A stretch of DNA of 64,000 bases from an uncultured Flavobacteriales bacterium (GTDB lineage: Bacteria > Bacteroidota > Bacteroidia > Flavobacteriales > UBA1820): contig CABQBC010000008.1 of NCBI GenBank assembly GCA_902462305.1, forward strand, positions 20,775 to 84,774, written 5' to 3'. The position numbers and the translations under genes are program-made. Numbering within the stretch: the first letter of the stretch is position 1; every line of letters starts with the position of its first letter. Of this stretch, positions 21,173 to 31,297 are shown one piece after another. Under the pieces are notes generated by a model, which saw only the letters and a list, made by a program, of their open reading frames with translations, ran no database searches and was not told the DNA's origin.

Positions 21173-21991
21173 TCATCCGGCCACGTCGTACTGGCGCAAG
21201 GCGTCATTCAGCGACGTTTTCTTATCCGTGCTTTCTTTCCTTTGACCTATTATAAGCGCACATGGTACGCTGAATTCGCCTGCCGGATACGTTTTTTTAA
21301 ACGAACCGGGTATAACGACCGAACGGGGCGGCACATAACCTTTGTATTCTTTTTTCTCCGGAGTCGTGGCGTCTATTATTTTGGTAGAACCGGTGAGCAC
21401 TACGCCTGCGCCCAACACGGCCTCACGGCCAACGTGGCAACCTTCGACCACAATACACCGCGAACCGATGAACGCATTGTCCTCTATTATCACGGGGGCG
21501 GCCTGAAGCGGCTCAAGCACACCGCCTATACCCACACCACCCGACAAATGCACGTGTTTGCCTATCTGTGCGCAGGAACCTACCGTAGCCCACGTATCGA
21601 CCATAGTCCCTTCATCGACATAAGCGCCGATATTGACATAGGACGGCATCAGTATGACACCTTTGGATATGTATGCTCCGTAACGCGCTACGGCCGCAGG
21701 CACGCTCCGCACGCCGGACTGAAGATAGTCCTGTTTCAGAGGTATCTTGTCATACCATTGCAGGGGCCCGGCCTGAAGCGTTTCCATAGGTTGTATAGGG
21801 AAATACATAACTACCGCCTTTTTAACCCATTCGTTCACTTTCCACGAACCGTCGGGACATGGTTCCGCAACCCTCAGAGAACCTTTGTCCAAAAGGTCTA
21901 TGACCTCCCTTACGGCCGCCTGTACGCCTCCGTCCGACAACATCGAACGGTCGTCCCATGCGCGTTCTATTGTCTGCCTTATATTTTCCAT
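21173..21991 (-). CDS. dapD: 2,3,4,5-tetrahydropyridine-2,6-dicarboxylate N-succinyltransferase
   Basis: The ORF track starts at 22081, but the likely start is the ATG at 21989-21991 (MENIRQTIERAWDDR...). Hexapeptide-repeat left-handed beta-helix segments are visible (IGAYVDEGTMVDTWATVGSCAQIGKHVHLSGGVGIGG). Confidence 0.88.
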   Translation of the reverse strand: MENIRQTIERAWDDRSMLSDGGVQAAVREVIDLLDKGSLRVAEPCPDGSWKVNEWVKKAVVMYFPIQPMETLQAGPLQWYDKIPLKQDYLQSGVRSVPAAVARYGAYISKGVILMPSYVNIGAYVDEGTMVDTWATVGSCAQIGKHVHLSGGVGIGGVLEPLQAAPVIIEDNAFIGSRCIVVEGCHVGREAVLGAGVVLTGSTKIIDATTPEKKEYKGYVPPRSVVIPGSFKKTYPAGEFSVPCALIIGQRKESTDKKTSLNDALRQYDVAG

Positions 21992-22094
21992 ATGCTTTTC
22001 GTTTTTTATCAATGGTACAAAATTACGCACGGCGAGGACATTTTTTTGAACCGACCGGACGTATTTTGTAAAAAATCCCACAACAACGGTGCTA

Positions 22095-23963
22095 TCAGTA
22101 GTTGAGATTCAGGTGCACTTCCCCGCCCCAGATATCGGGCGGCCCCAATGGCCTTTCTTCGAACCTCAGGTTGAAACCGCGCAGGCGTTTCGTTTCTTCG
22201 ACCATGTCCGTCTCGTCGCCCAACACTCCCGAAGGCGATTTGAGGAACCATATGCCCTGTATCCTCGATTCCTTAAGAAAGACCCTCATAAGAGAAGCCA
22301 GACTGCGGTTTATTCCTATGCGGACATTCTTGTCGTTATAAGAATAGTATATGGTTTCCGCATTGCCTATGATATTGACTATACGCAGATCGTCGTCTAT
22401 TATTTTGCCTTTCATCACCGTGCCCTTTATCTGGTTGTAGGCATTGCGGTCCTTTTCATCGCGTGCTATTATAAAAGCGTTGCTTCTCAGCAATACCGAA
22501 TCCATCACCTCGCGCTTCATATCGCGTTTGAGGGTTATCGTATCGGCCGTTATCTGGTTCTGGTCCGAAAATATGACAGGCGTCCCGAACATATCCATAA
22601 CGCCGGTATGCTGGTCGTAAAATATAGAATCGCACAATCCGGACATGTCTTTTTTGTAGTATTTCACGTTGTGGAAAGCGCGCAGCACCCGCAGACTGTC
22701 GTCTTTTTTCAGCGTATCCGACCCTGCATACAGCGGCGGGGCCGCATTTACACTATCCATACCGGGAATACCGGCGTCTTCATCCTGCCTGGCAACGGAA
22801 TCTTCCTTGGCAGCCAACGTATCCCGTACTTGCGCAACATTTCCGTCAGCCAGGACAACTGAATGAGCAGCAGAGGTAGTATCGTTTTCATTTCCCATAG
22901 TATCGGCAGGAGAGCCGCTGCCCTTTTCCATCGCCTCTATCGCTTTTTTCAACGCCTCATTGCCTTTTTGTAAAGAAGGACTATCGGAACCGGCAGCCGA
23001 TAACTTCTCAGCAGGCCGCGGAGTCACCATCATGGTATCGGAACGCATGTAAAGCGTATCGCCCTGCATGATATACGCCGCTTTCGGGTTAAGGGGGATG
23101 ATGACCGAATCCCGCAACTCGAAATATTCGGCCCGGTCGCCGAAAACAGCTATACGGCGCAGCGTGTCCTGCATCTCGACATTGGACTTGGCGCGCGCAT
23201 AACCGGCGAAACGGTCGTAATGTATCGTATCGGCTCGGAGCATGCGGTTGTCGTATATTATCTTCGAATTTTTATAAAAATCGGATATTTCGGTACGGGT
23301 ATCGTACGTGCCGCGTTCGGTGTATATGTGGTTCTGTTCGCCTATGATGTTGGTCGGACCCTCGACTTCTATGACCTTCGTGACCGTATGGTAATGCATG
23401 GTGTCGGAATACATGCGGTAGTCGGGACTCTGTGCGTCCACGTCTATGAAAAAGTCCACAACGTCGTCGGCCACATAGTATATGCCTATAACGCTTTTAA
23501 GCGTATTCTTGTCATCGGTTATCGTAGCTCCGTTGAAGTAATAGGCTTTCTGGGTCAGGCGTTCGTAGTCCAGCGTATCGGTGCGCAGCGTGGTGGTCTT
23601 GTTGACCAGAACGACGTTACCGTAGGCTTTTATAAGCTGTTCGTCGCCCGTATAGTGCATGTAATCGCTGTCGAGCGTCAGAGTGTCGCCTTCGTTGACA
23701 TGCACGTTCCCGTAAGCGAAAAACGTGTTCTGCCCGCGGTTGTACTCGGCCTTGTCGCACGTCATAAGGGTATTGCCGTGATAAAAACGAACATTACCGG
23801 TGAGCACCTGCACTCCGGGGGCCATGTCTTCGTTGTTGCTTATAAGGTCGGCGTTGTCTATGCGTACTTTCGACTGCTTTTTCCCCTGAGGCTGGCCCCA
23901 GGAGGCATATACAGTCAGTAAAACCACACACAGCGCAAAAAGCGGCAATATTCTGTATTTCAT
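22095..23963 (-). CDS. OstA/LptD-N-like repeat protein, secreted
   Basis: 622 aa with a signal peptide. It shows repeated OstA-like beta-jelly-roll segments (GNVRFYHGNTLMTCDKAEY, GNVHVNEGDTLTL, GNVVLVN...) and a low-complexity linker. Confidence 0.65.
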   Translation of the reverse strand: MKYRILPLFALCVVLLTVYASWGQPQGKKQSKVRIDNADLISNNEDMAPGVQVLTGNVRFYHGNTLMTCDKAEYNRGQNTFFAYGNVHVNEGDTLTLDSDYMHYTGDEQLIKAYGNVVLVNKTTTLRTDTLDYERLTQKAYYFNGATITDDKNTLKSVIGIYYVADDVVDFFIDVDAQSPDYRMYSDTMHYHTVTKVIEVEGPTNIIGEQNHIYTERGTYDTRTEISDFYKNSKIIYDNRMLRADTIHYDRFAGYARAKSNVEMQDTLRRIAVFGDRAEYFELRDSVIIPLNPKAAYIMQGDTLYMRSDTMMVTPRPAEKLSAAGSDSPSLQKGNEALKKAIEAMEKGSGSPADTMGNENDTTSAAHSVVLADGNVAQVRDTLAAKEDSVARQDEDAGIPGMDSVNAAPPLYAGSDTLKKDDSLRVLRAFHNVKYYKKDMSGLCDSIFYDQHTGVMDMFGTPVIFSDQNQITADTITLKRDMKREVMDSVLLRSNAFIIARDEKDRNAYNQIKGTVMKGKIIDDDLRIVNIIGNAETIYYSYNDKNVRIGINRSLASLMRVFLKESRIQGIWFLKSPSGVLGDETDMVEETKRLRGFNLRFEERPLGPPDIWGGEVHLNLNY

Positions 23964-24066
23964 CTCTTACGCTCTGTAAATCCCGCAAACGCAGGGTAAG
24001 GGCAAAGATAGCGAAAAAACCTCTACCGGAAGAGTACGGGCTTTGCCGCATAACCAAAAATATTCT

Positions 24067-24074
24067 TAAATTTG
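24067..24074 (+). promoter_or_regulatory. Bacteroidota -7 promoter motif upstream of the acyl-ACP thioesterase gene
   Basis: TAAATTTG, 27 nt upstream of 24101. Confidence 0.55.
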
Positions 24075-24100
24075 GAAAAATTTACCGGACTATAAAAACA

Positions 24101-24850
24101 TTGGAACAGAAAGACACTGCCGTAAAGGCCGTACACACGGAAAAATTCAAAGTAGAATGGGCCGACACATGCGCTTCGGGACATCTGTCGCTACCCGGCA
24201 TGCTCAATTTCATACAGGTTACCGCAGGCAACCACGCCAACGAACTGGGTATAGGATACTACCACATGGCCGCCGCAGGGCAGGCCTGGGTGCTCAACAG
24301 GCTCAAAGCGCGTTTTACCCGCATGCCGCGCTGGACCGAAGAAATAGAAGCTAGCACGTGGATAGAAAGTTTCAACGACGTAATCTCGGAGCGAAACATA
24401 CTGATAACGCATAAGGGACAGACGATAGCCCAGGTAAGCACCGTATGGGTGTGCATCAACTACGAAAAACGTGCGCCGGAAGCCATTGCTGTGCCCTACC
24501 CGCCGGAAGTCGTACTGCCGGAAAAGAAACTTGACATAAAGACCGCTTCGCGTGTCAGGATGCCGTCGGATGCACGCCCGCTCAGAACATACCGCGTATC
24601 TTTCAGCGACATAGACGCCATGGGACATGTGAACAACATAAAATACACGCAATGGATAGTCGACAGCCTGCCTTATGAGGCAGCCGTGGGGATAACTTCA
24701 GGTGAAATAGAAGCTAATTTCCTGTCCGAACTGCACTATGGCGACACGGTAGATATCGAATCGGCCAAATCCGGCGACGGATTCACGTTCGCCGTGCGCA
24801 GGCAGGGCTGCGAAAAACCTGCATTCATATCGCATTTCAATCCTTTATAA
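24101..24850 (+). CDS. acyl-ACP thioesterase
   Basis: 249 aa (TTG start in the ORF track). Size and pattern fit a double hot-dog fold (D..GH.....L.N..Q and a second DIDAMGHVNNIKY). Confidence 0.8.
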   Translation: MEQKDTAVKAVHTEKFKVEWADTCASGHLSLPGMLNFIQVTAGNHANELGIGYYHMAAAGQAWVLNRLKARFTRMPRWTEEIEASTWIESFNDVISERNILITHKGQTIAQVSTVWVCINYEKRAPEAIAVPYPPEVVLPEKKLDIKTASRVRMPSDARPLRTYRVSFSDIDAMGHVNNIKYTQWIVDSLPYEAAVGITSGEIEANFLSELHYGDTVDIESAKSGDGFTFAVRRQGCEKPAFISHFNPL

Positions 24851-25080
24851 GCATAAACATAACGGAAACCGAGTGGAACCAGAAAAAAGCCGAAGGTTTC
24901 GCGAGGCGCATCCTAATATTGTCAAAATATGTATAAAATACCCGCCAAGGTATTGCCCCGGCACTGCGCTTATACTATTTTTGCATCGGAATACCGCACA
25001 CGGACGATCGCCTGGACGGCACTGACATATCTCCCAAGGCGGCAGGAACATATACACATATTATTCTTAAGCGTAAAAAA

Positions 25081-25710
25081 ATGTTGATAATAGGAATAGC
25101 AGGAGGTACAGGATCCGGAAAAACGACCGTAGTAAAACGCATAACCGATGCGCTCGCACCGGGCGAAGTCGTCGTTATGAGCCAGGACTCCTACTACCGG
25201 GACAACTCCGGCATACCTTTGGAAGAGCGTAAAAAACTCAACTTCGACCATCCGGATTCCATAGAGTTCGACCTTCTGGTACAACATATCGAAGAACTGA
25301 AAAAAGGCAACGCGATAGAACAGCCGACATATTCCTACCTCACTTGCACGCGTCAAAAGGAAACGGTGCATCTGGAACCGAGAAACGTGGTAATCGTCGA
25401 AGGCATTCTGGCCCTGCAGAACCAGAAACTGCGCAAGATGATGGACATAAAGATATTCGTCGAAGCGGACGACGACGACAGGCTTTCACGCGTAATCCGC
25501 CGCGATATAGTGGAACGCGGACGCTCGGCAATAGACGTGCTGGACAGGTGGGAAAAGACCCTCAAGCCGATGCACAAACTGTTCATCGAGCCTTCGCGCC
25601 GGCATGCGGACATCGTGGTGCTTAACTACGACTGCCTCGACGTGGCTATAAACATCATCCTTACCGTGATAGACAAAAAACTGGGCAACCACAAAAACGC
25701 CAGGTTCTGA
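25081..25710 (+). CDS. udk: uridine kinase
   Basis: 209 aa with the P-loop IGIAGGTGSGKTT, the block NFDHPDSIEFDLL, and the RRDIVERGR lid. Confidence 0.95.
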   Translation: MLIIGIAGGTGSGKTTVVKRITDALAPGEVVVMSQDSYYRDNSGIPLEERKKLNFDHPDSIEFDLLVQHIEELKKGNAIEQPTYSYLTCTRQKETVHLEPRNVVIVEGILALQNQKLRKMMDIKIFVEADDDDRLSRVIRRDIVERGRSAIDVLDRWEKTLKPMHKLFIEPSRRHADIVVLNYDCLDVAINIILTVIDKKLGNHKNARF

Positions 25711-25740
25711 CCTTGCGCCGCCACAAAACATACCACATCC

Positions 25741-26070
25741 ATGAAAGAGAAAATAACGGCATACGTAAACGCCCGCCCCGCACTGCGCCGGAGCATAGAT
25801 TATGCCATGCGGCACAAAATACTTGTTATTATACTGGCTTTTCTGGTGTGGATGACATTTTTCGACCGCAATTCACTTATACTGCACGCCGAACGCGAAC
25901 GCTCGATAGCCGCATTGCAGGATTCGATAGCGTATTACAAACGCGAGATACAGCGCCAGCGCCAGTACCTGAACGAACTGAAGAGCGACCCGAAACAGAT
26001 GGAAAAATTCGCCCGGGAACGTTACAATATGAAAAAAAAGGGCGAAGACATCTATATCATCAAAAGATAA
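25741..26070 (+). CDS. septum formation initiator (FtsB/DivIC family)
   Basis: 109 aa with a single N-terminal TM helix followed by a coiled coil, ending in the conserved EKFARERYNMKKKGEDIYII. Confidence 0.85.
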   Translation: MKEKITAYVNARPALRRSIDYAMRHKILVIILAFLVWMTFFDRNSLILHAERERSIAALQDSIAYYKREIQRQRQYLNELKSDPKQMEKFARERYNMKKKGEDIYIIKR

Positions 26071-26106
26071 CCGCCGGCCGTCTTATAAAAAAACGTGCGG
26101 TACGTC

Positions 26107-26160
26107 TGCAAGCAATAAAAACGCGGGAGCTTGAAAGCTCCCGCGTTTTTATTGCTTGCA
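26107..26160. terminator. long perfect palindrome / bidirectional terminator between ftsB-like and 26175 genes
   Basis: The arms are 26 nt and perfectly complementary (tgcaagcaataaaaacgcgggagctt / aagctcccgcgtttttattgcttgca), separated by 2 nt. The core is a GC stem flanked by A5/T5. Confidence 0.75.
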
Positions 26161-26174
26161 ACACGTATGACCCG

Positions 26175-27167
26175 TCATAAAGGTTCCTCGCATATTAAAT
26201 CCGTATAAGCCCTCGGCCCCCAGAACACATACCCCCTGCCCTGGTAACCGGTTCCGGAGAGCATGGTATCTATAAATCCGTTGCGCTCCACCAACACGGT
26301 ATGGAATATCTCCCCATCAGGATTTTTCTTCAGTTTGAACACTGCACGGCCTGCTGGGGAATAAAAATTCAGGAACTGGCCGTCTTCCTTTTTTTCAAAG
26401 CGGAAAAAATCCGACAATCCCGTCTGCATATGCTTGCTGCGCCACCACGTACCGCCATGAGGACTTACCAACGGCTTGCCGTTGTACACGACCGTCGAAT
26501 CCTGGTACGAAGTCACGTTCAGGAAATGTTTTTTAGAGCGCGAAAGCCAATCGGCAAGTTTCTTAAGATGAAGGCTGTCCTCGTACCCGTAAGTACTGTC
26601 CAAAAATACTATCCGCTCCACCGTATCGGGAATACGGTCCTGAGTACGTATGTATTCGAAGATGAAATATCCTCCTCCGGAATGGCTGGAAAGCGTCACC
26701 GAAGGACGATACCTGCCGAACATGGAGGTTATATCGGCAATAACGGCAGGCAATATGTCCTTAGAATCCTGCCTGTGTTCGGTGCGCCATACCCCCCAGC
26801 TTTTCTTCGAAGCCATCATGTAAACGGTAACATAATTGTATTTAGCCGCATTTTCACGCAAAAAACGCGTCTGCGCCGCTATATGCTGTATATCGAAATG
26901 CCAGTCGTCGCCTTCGGATATTGTTTTCCCGGCAGTCCACTCTATTGTGTTGCCGTTGGGGAGGGCGTAAAACACTATTTTAGTTTTCTTGCGGGAGTCC
27001 ATTTCAGCAGGAAAATTCACCGCTATGCGCATATCGGGATATTTGTCTTCAATCAGAAGTATTTTTTCCCCCGGACATGAAGCGTCCCTGGCCTGCGTTA
27101 TATCCTGCGCCACAATATGCGCGCATGCCAACATCAGAAAAACCGGCAGCAATATGAGTTTTTTCAT
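26175..27167 (-). CDS. secreted protein of unknown function (possible esterase-like fold)
   Basis: The likely start is the ATG at 27165-27167 (MKKLILLPVFLMLACAHIVAQD, a signal peptide). It contains a nucleophile-elbow-like SSHSGGGY. There is no firm family assignment. Confidence 0.55.
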   Translation of the reverse strand: MKKLILLPVFLMLACAHIVAQDITQARDASCPGEKILLIEDKYPDMRIAVNFPAEMDSRKKTKIVFYALPNGNTIEWTAGKTISEGDDWHFDIQHIAAQTRFLRENAAKYNYVTVYMMASKKSWGVWRTEHRQDSKDILPAVIADITSMFGRYRPSVTLSSHSGGGYFIFEYIRTQDRIPDTVERIVFLDSTYGYEDSLHLKKLADWLSRSKKHFLNVTSYQDSTVVYNGKPLVSPHGGTWWRSKHMQTGLSDFFRFEKKEDGQFLNFYSPAGRAVFKLKKNPDGEIFHTVLVERNGFIDTMLSGTGYQGRGYVFWGPRAYTDLICEEPL

Positions 27168-27400
27168 CTTGAAAAAATAAATACGGTTAACGATTATCCG
27201 GCAAATGTAGCAAAAACCGCTTATCGAAACACTTTTTACCATCGGGAAACAACAATAAACATCGGACGACCTGTATACGCCGACGAGAGCCCGGCCATGT
27301 TTCGGCTTTTAAGCCCATTGATAACGGAAAATGCGGCTGCCGCACGTCGTTTTAACATTTACCGGAGGAAAAGACAGCCGTTTTCTTCCAGGAAAATGAC

Positions 27401-27408
27401 TACATTTG
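27401..27408 (+). promoter_or_regulatory. Bacteroidota -7 promoter motif upstream of dnaX
   Basis: TACATTTG, 41 nt upstream of the ATG at 27449. Confidence 0.5.
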
Positions 27409-27448
27409 TATTGTCTTAAAACAAAAAAGCAGAACAAAGGCAACGCAG

Positions 27449-28537
27449 ATGGAGCATTTCGTAGTATCGGCACGTAAATACCGCCCCCGCACTTTCGACC
27501 AGGTGGTAGGACAACAACACGTGGCCCGCACGCTTGAAAACGCCATAGAGAACAACCAGCTGGCACAGGCCATGCTGTTTTGCGGGCCGCGCGGAGTAGG
27601 CAAAACCACCTGCGCGCGAATACTGGCGCGCGAGATAAACCGCCGCACGATGCCCGATGCGCAGGACGAGGATTTCGCGTTCAACATACACGAACTCGAC
27701 GCTGCCTCCAACAACTCGGTAGAAGACATACGAACCCTGATAGACCAGGTGCGCTTTGCCCCGCAGACCGGCAAATACAAAGTGTACATCATCGACGAGG
27801 TTCATATGCTGTCTCAGGCGGCGTTCAATGCGTTCCTCAAGACATTGGAAGAGCCGCCGGCGCACGCCATTTTCATACTCGCCACAACCGAAAAGCACAA
27901 GATACTGCCCACGATACTGTCCCGCTGCCAGATATTCGACTTCAAACTCATATCGGTAGAGGACATACGCGAACACCTGGCAAGGATAGCTGCCGACCAA
28001 GGCGTTACGGCGGACGGCGAATCCCTGCACATGATAGCCACGAAAGCCGAAGGCGCATTACGCGACGCGCTGTCGATATACGACCGCGTGGTCAGCTTTT
28101 GCGGACGTGAACTGACAGGGGCCAAAGTGGCCGAAACGCTCAACGTGCTGGATTACCAGACTTATTTCGACCTTACGGATGCCATTCTGGGCTGCGACAT
28201 ACCCTCTGCCATGCTCCAGTTCGACAAAATACTGCGTACGGGATTCGACGCGCAGTATATGCTCTCTGGGCTGGCCTCGCACATACGCGATTTGATGGTA
28301 TCGAAAAATCCGGCCACCGTGTCGCTTCTTACCGTACCGGACGACGTCAAAGCCCGCTATTCACAACAGGCGTCCCGCCTGGATTGCGATGCGGCGGTGG
28401 AAGCGCTCACCATACTGGCACAGGCACAGGCTGAATACCGCCTGTCCAAAAATCCACGCCTTCTGACCGAAATAACGCTCATGAGGCTCGCTTCGCTGGG
28501 TATGGACCCTTCAAAAAAAAAAGCCCTGACTTTATAA
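27449..28537 (+). CDS. dnaX: DNA polymerase III subunit gamma/tau, clamp-loader domains I-III; this frame ends just after an A10 run
   Basis: 362 aa with RPRTFDQVVGQQH, Walker A GPRGVGKTT, Walker B IIDEVHMLS, and sensor SRCQ. The frame stops 5 codons after A10 (28513-28522). Confidence 0.93.
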   Translation: MEHFVVSARKYRPRTFDQVVGQQHVARTLENAIENNQLAQAMLFCGPRGVGKTTCARILAREINRRTMPDAQDEDFAFNIHELDAASNNSVEDIRTLIDQVRFAPQTGKYKVYIIDEVHMLSQAAFNAFLKTLEEPPAHAIFILATTEKHKILPTILSRCQIFDFKLISVEDIREHLARIAADQGVTADGESLHMIATKAEGALRDALSIYDRVVSFCGRELTGAKVAETLNVLDYQTYFDLTDAILGCDIPSAMLQFDKILRTGFDAQYMLSGLASHIRDLMVSKNPATVSLLTVPDDVKARYSQQASRLDCDAAVEALTILAQAQAEYRLSKNPRLLTEITLMRLASLGMDPSKKKALTL

Positions 28538-28572
28538 TCCCGCCTCAGGTTTACAGGCATTTTTCGTCCGCC

Positions 28573-29277
28573 TTGCCTTCCAGAGAGGAAATACTGTCTT
28601 TTATAGGCGAACTCCGACGCGGCCTGCAAGTGCCTTTTACGGAAAAAAAACTCCACTCCCCCGCCCCGCAGGCGCAAAACGCCAATCCGCAAATCAGGGA
28701 GAACCCGCCAGCGGCGTCGGAAAATAAACCTGTAGCCCCGGCACATATCTCCACCCCGCACACCGGGGAAAAGAAACCCGCCGTAGAACTGCGTCCCACG
28801 GAAATAACGGCCATTAAAGCGCGTTCGGCATTGTCGATAAGCAATATGCTAGCCCCTAAAAAGGAACCGGCTGCCCAGGAAACAGAAGAGAGCGAAGAAA
28901 GAAAAGACGATGCCTTCACCTGCGAACAATTACTCTCAATGTGGAGCAAATATGCCTCTCAGGCAAAAGATGACAAACGCATAGGACTATACACAGCCAT
29001 GTGTTCGGCCGATGTATCGCTGGAAGAAAACCATACTATAGGAATAACGGTAAGCTCGACAGTAATAGCCCGCGAAATAGAAGACGAAATACTGGATATA
29101 CTCCGTTTTTTAAAAGACGCTCTGAACAACACACAGATAACGCACAACATAACAGTAAGCGAAAGCGCGCGCGAACACATACCGTACACCCCGCGCGAGA
29201 AATACGAATATCTGCGCCTTAAAAATCCATTGATAGAAGAACTGAGGCGCACTCTGGACCTTAACATAGACTTCTGA
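28573..29277 (+). CDS. dnaX: C-terminal (tau-specific-like) portion of DnaX, in the -1 frame
   Basis: This frame is open from 28435, so it overlaps the end of the upstream ORF across the A10 run. A low-complexity Pro/Ala/Glu linker is followed by the conserved C-terminal block (WSKYA...LNNTQITHNITV...LKNPLIEELRRTLDLNIDF), as in full-length Bacteroidota DnaX. Confidence 0.8.
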   Translation: MPSREEILSFIGELRRGLQVPFTEKKLHSPAPQAQNANPQIRENPPAASENKPVAPAHISTPHTGEKKPAVELRPTEITAIKARSALSISNMLAPKKEPAAQETEESEERKDDAFTCEQLLSMWSKYASQAKDDKRIGLYTAMCSADVSLEENHTIGITVSSTVIAREIEDEILDILRFLKDALNNTQITHNITVSESAREHIPYTPREKYEYLRLKNPLIEELRRTLDLNIDF

Positions 29278-29281
29278 ACAA

Positions 29282-30364
29282 ATGGGACGACGATACTTAC
29301 GACTGATACTGCTTCCTCTGTGTCCCGTATGGGCACTCGTAACGCAACTGCGCAACGAATTGTACCGCGCAGGCGTGGTACGTAGGCGGGAATTTCCGCT
29401 GCCTACGTTCGTGGCCGGAAACCTGTCGGCCGGCGGCACAGGCAAAAGCCCTCATACCGAATTCCTGGCGCGCAAACTCTCACGCGCAGGAATAAAAACG
29501 GCCATACTCAGCCGTGGATACGGACGCCGCAGCCTCGGATTCATACTCTCGGACGATACGAGTACCGCCGCCACGATAGGCGACGAACCTATGATGATGA
29601 AACGCAGCCTAAAAGGCGTTGACATCGCGGTAGCCGAAGACAGGGCGTTCGGCATCGAAAAACTCATTGAAAAGATATCGCCGGAGGCTATCGTAATGGA
29701 CGATGCGTACCAACATCTGAAAGTCCGGGCATCGTGCTATTTCCTGCTTACGACATTCGCCCGTCCGTTTACCTCCGACTACCTGTTGCCGGCCGGCGAC
29801 CTGCGCGAAATGCGTATGAACGCCGAACGCGCACACTGCGTCATCGTGACCAAGACCCCCGAACAGTACACAGGAAGTACACCTGAAGCCATCGCAGGGA
29901 GAGAACGTTACAGACATGCCATTAAACGCTATACGTCGGCGCCGGTCATCTTTTCCACATACAGTTACAGCCCGCGCGTAATATCCTGCTCCGGCGACGA
30001 GATAAAGTCTGAAGAACTGAAAAAATACGGCCTGCTTCTGGTAACGGGAGTAGCCGACCCCACACAATTCCTGGAGCATATCGGCTCGCTCGGAGCGTCA
30101 TTCAGGCATTTGAATTTCCCGGACCATCATTTTTTCAGCCTGAAGGATGCGCAAAAAATAGAATCGGCGTTACATGATATGCCGGGGGACAAAAAAAACA
30201 TAATCCTTACCACCGAAAAAGACCTTGTAAGACTCCAGGGTATATTGCCGGCGCATTTGCCTCTTTATTCCATGCCGATAGAGGTACGTATGTCGGAGGA
30301 AGACGAAGCGGTTTTCGATTCCGTCGTTTCGTCCGCATTGGAAAAATATAATCTGAAAATATAG
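29282..30364 (+). CDS. lpxK: tetraacyldisaccharide 4'-kinase
   Basis: 360 aa with the P-loop GNLSAGGTGKSP preceded by the typical N-terminal membrane anchor. SRGYGR and DDAYQH blocks are present. Confidence 0.92.
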   Translation: MGRRYLRLILLPLCPVWALVTQLRNELYRAGVVRRREFPLPTFVAGNLSAGGTGKSPHTEFLARKLSRAGIKTAILSRGYGRRSLGFILSDDTSTAATIGDEPMMMKRSLKGVDIAVAEDRAFGIEKLIEKISPEAIVMDDAYQHLKVRASCYFLLTTFARPFTSDYLLPAGDLREMRMNAERAHCVIVTKTPEQYTGSTPEAIAGRERYRHAIKRYTSAPVIFSTYSYSPRVISCSGDEIKSEELKKYGLLLVTGVADPTQFLEHIGSLGASFRHLNFPDHHFFSLKDAQKIESALHDMPGDKKNIILTTEKDLVRLQGILPAHLPLYSMPIEVRMSEEDEAVFDSVVSSALEKYNLKI

Positions 30365-30448
30365 CGTGCAAACCGCTCTGCAATGTAAGCCAGCTTTCTT
30401 GATATCGTGCGGGGCGCAGGCCATATTTATGTAAACATATAATATACC

Positions 30449-31273
30449 ATGATTGAAAAACTCGAAGAAACAGCAAATTACCTCTCGCGTTATGCGGAAA
30501 AACCGATCGAATGGGGAATAATCCTGGGCACAGGTCTGGGCGATCTGGCAGGCGAGATAGACGTGAGGCACCGCGTGCCGTATTCGGAGATACCCAATTT
30601 TCCGGTTTCGACCGTCGAAGGACATTCCGGGGAACTTGTTTTCGGATACCTGGCAGGAAAATACGTCATGGCCATGAAGGGGCGGTTCCACTACTACGAG
30701 GGTTACCCGATGGAAAAGGTAACGTACCCCGTGCGCGTGATGAAACTGATGGGCATCGAACGCCTTATCGTGTCCAACGCGGCAGGCGGCATAAACCCGG
30801 CCCACGAAATAGGCGACATAATGATCATCAAAGACCACATAAACATGATACCGGAGCATCCATTGCGCGGACGCAATATCGATGCGTTGGGCCCGCGTTT
30901 TGTGGATATGAAGGACGCCTACAATCCGGATATGATACGCACAGTGGAAAAAATAGCATCCGACAATGGCATAAAAGTGTGCAAAGGCGTATATATGGCG
31001 CTCCAGGGCCCGACGTTCGAAACTCAGGCCGAATATTCTATGGTGCATATACTTGGCGGGGACGCTGTGGGCATGAGTACCGTGCCGGAAGTAATCGTGG
31101 CGCGGCACATGGGAATGGAAGTGTTCGGCCTGTCGATAATAACGGACCTGGGACTTCCAGGCAAAATGGCCAACGTATCTCACGAGGAAGTACAGGAAAT
31201 AGGCCGCCGCGCTACTCCGAAAGTTATTTTCCTCGTTAAAGAATTAGTGCGTACCTTTGGGGCGGAAAATTAA
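30449..31273 (+). CDS. purine nucleoside phosphorylase (PNP family I, inosine/guanosine type)
   Basis: 274 aa with the motifs GRFHYYEGY, NAAGGIN, GPTFET and GMSTVPEV. Confidence 0.92.
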   Translation: MIEKLEETANYLSRYAEKPIEWGIILGTGLGDLAGEIDVRHRVPYSEIPNFPVSTVEGHSGELVFGYLAGKYVMAMKGRFHYYEGYPMEKVTYPVRVMKLMGIERLIVSNAAGGINPAHEIGDIMIIKDHINMIPEHPLRGRNIDALGPRFVDMKDAYNPDMIRTVEKIASDNGIKVCKGVYMALQGPTFETQAEYSMVHILGGDAVGMSTVPEVIVARHMGMEVFGLSIITDLGLPGKMANVSHEEVQEIGRRATPKVIFLVKELVRTFGAEN

Positions 31274-31297
31274 AAACAAAGACATAAAAGACAGACA

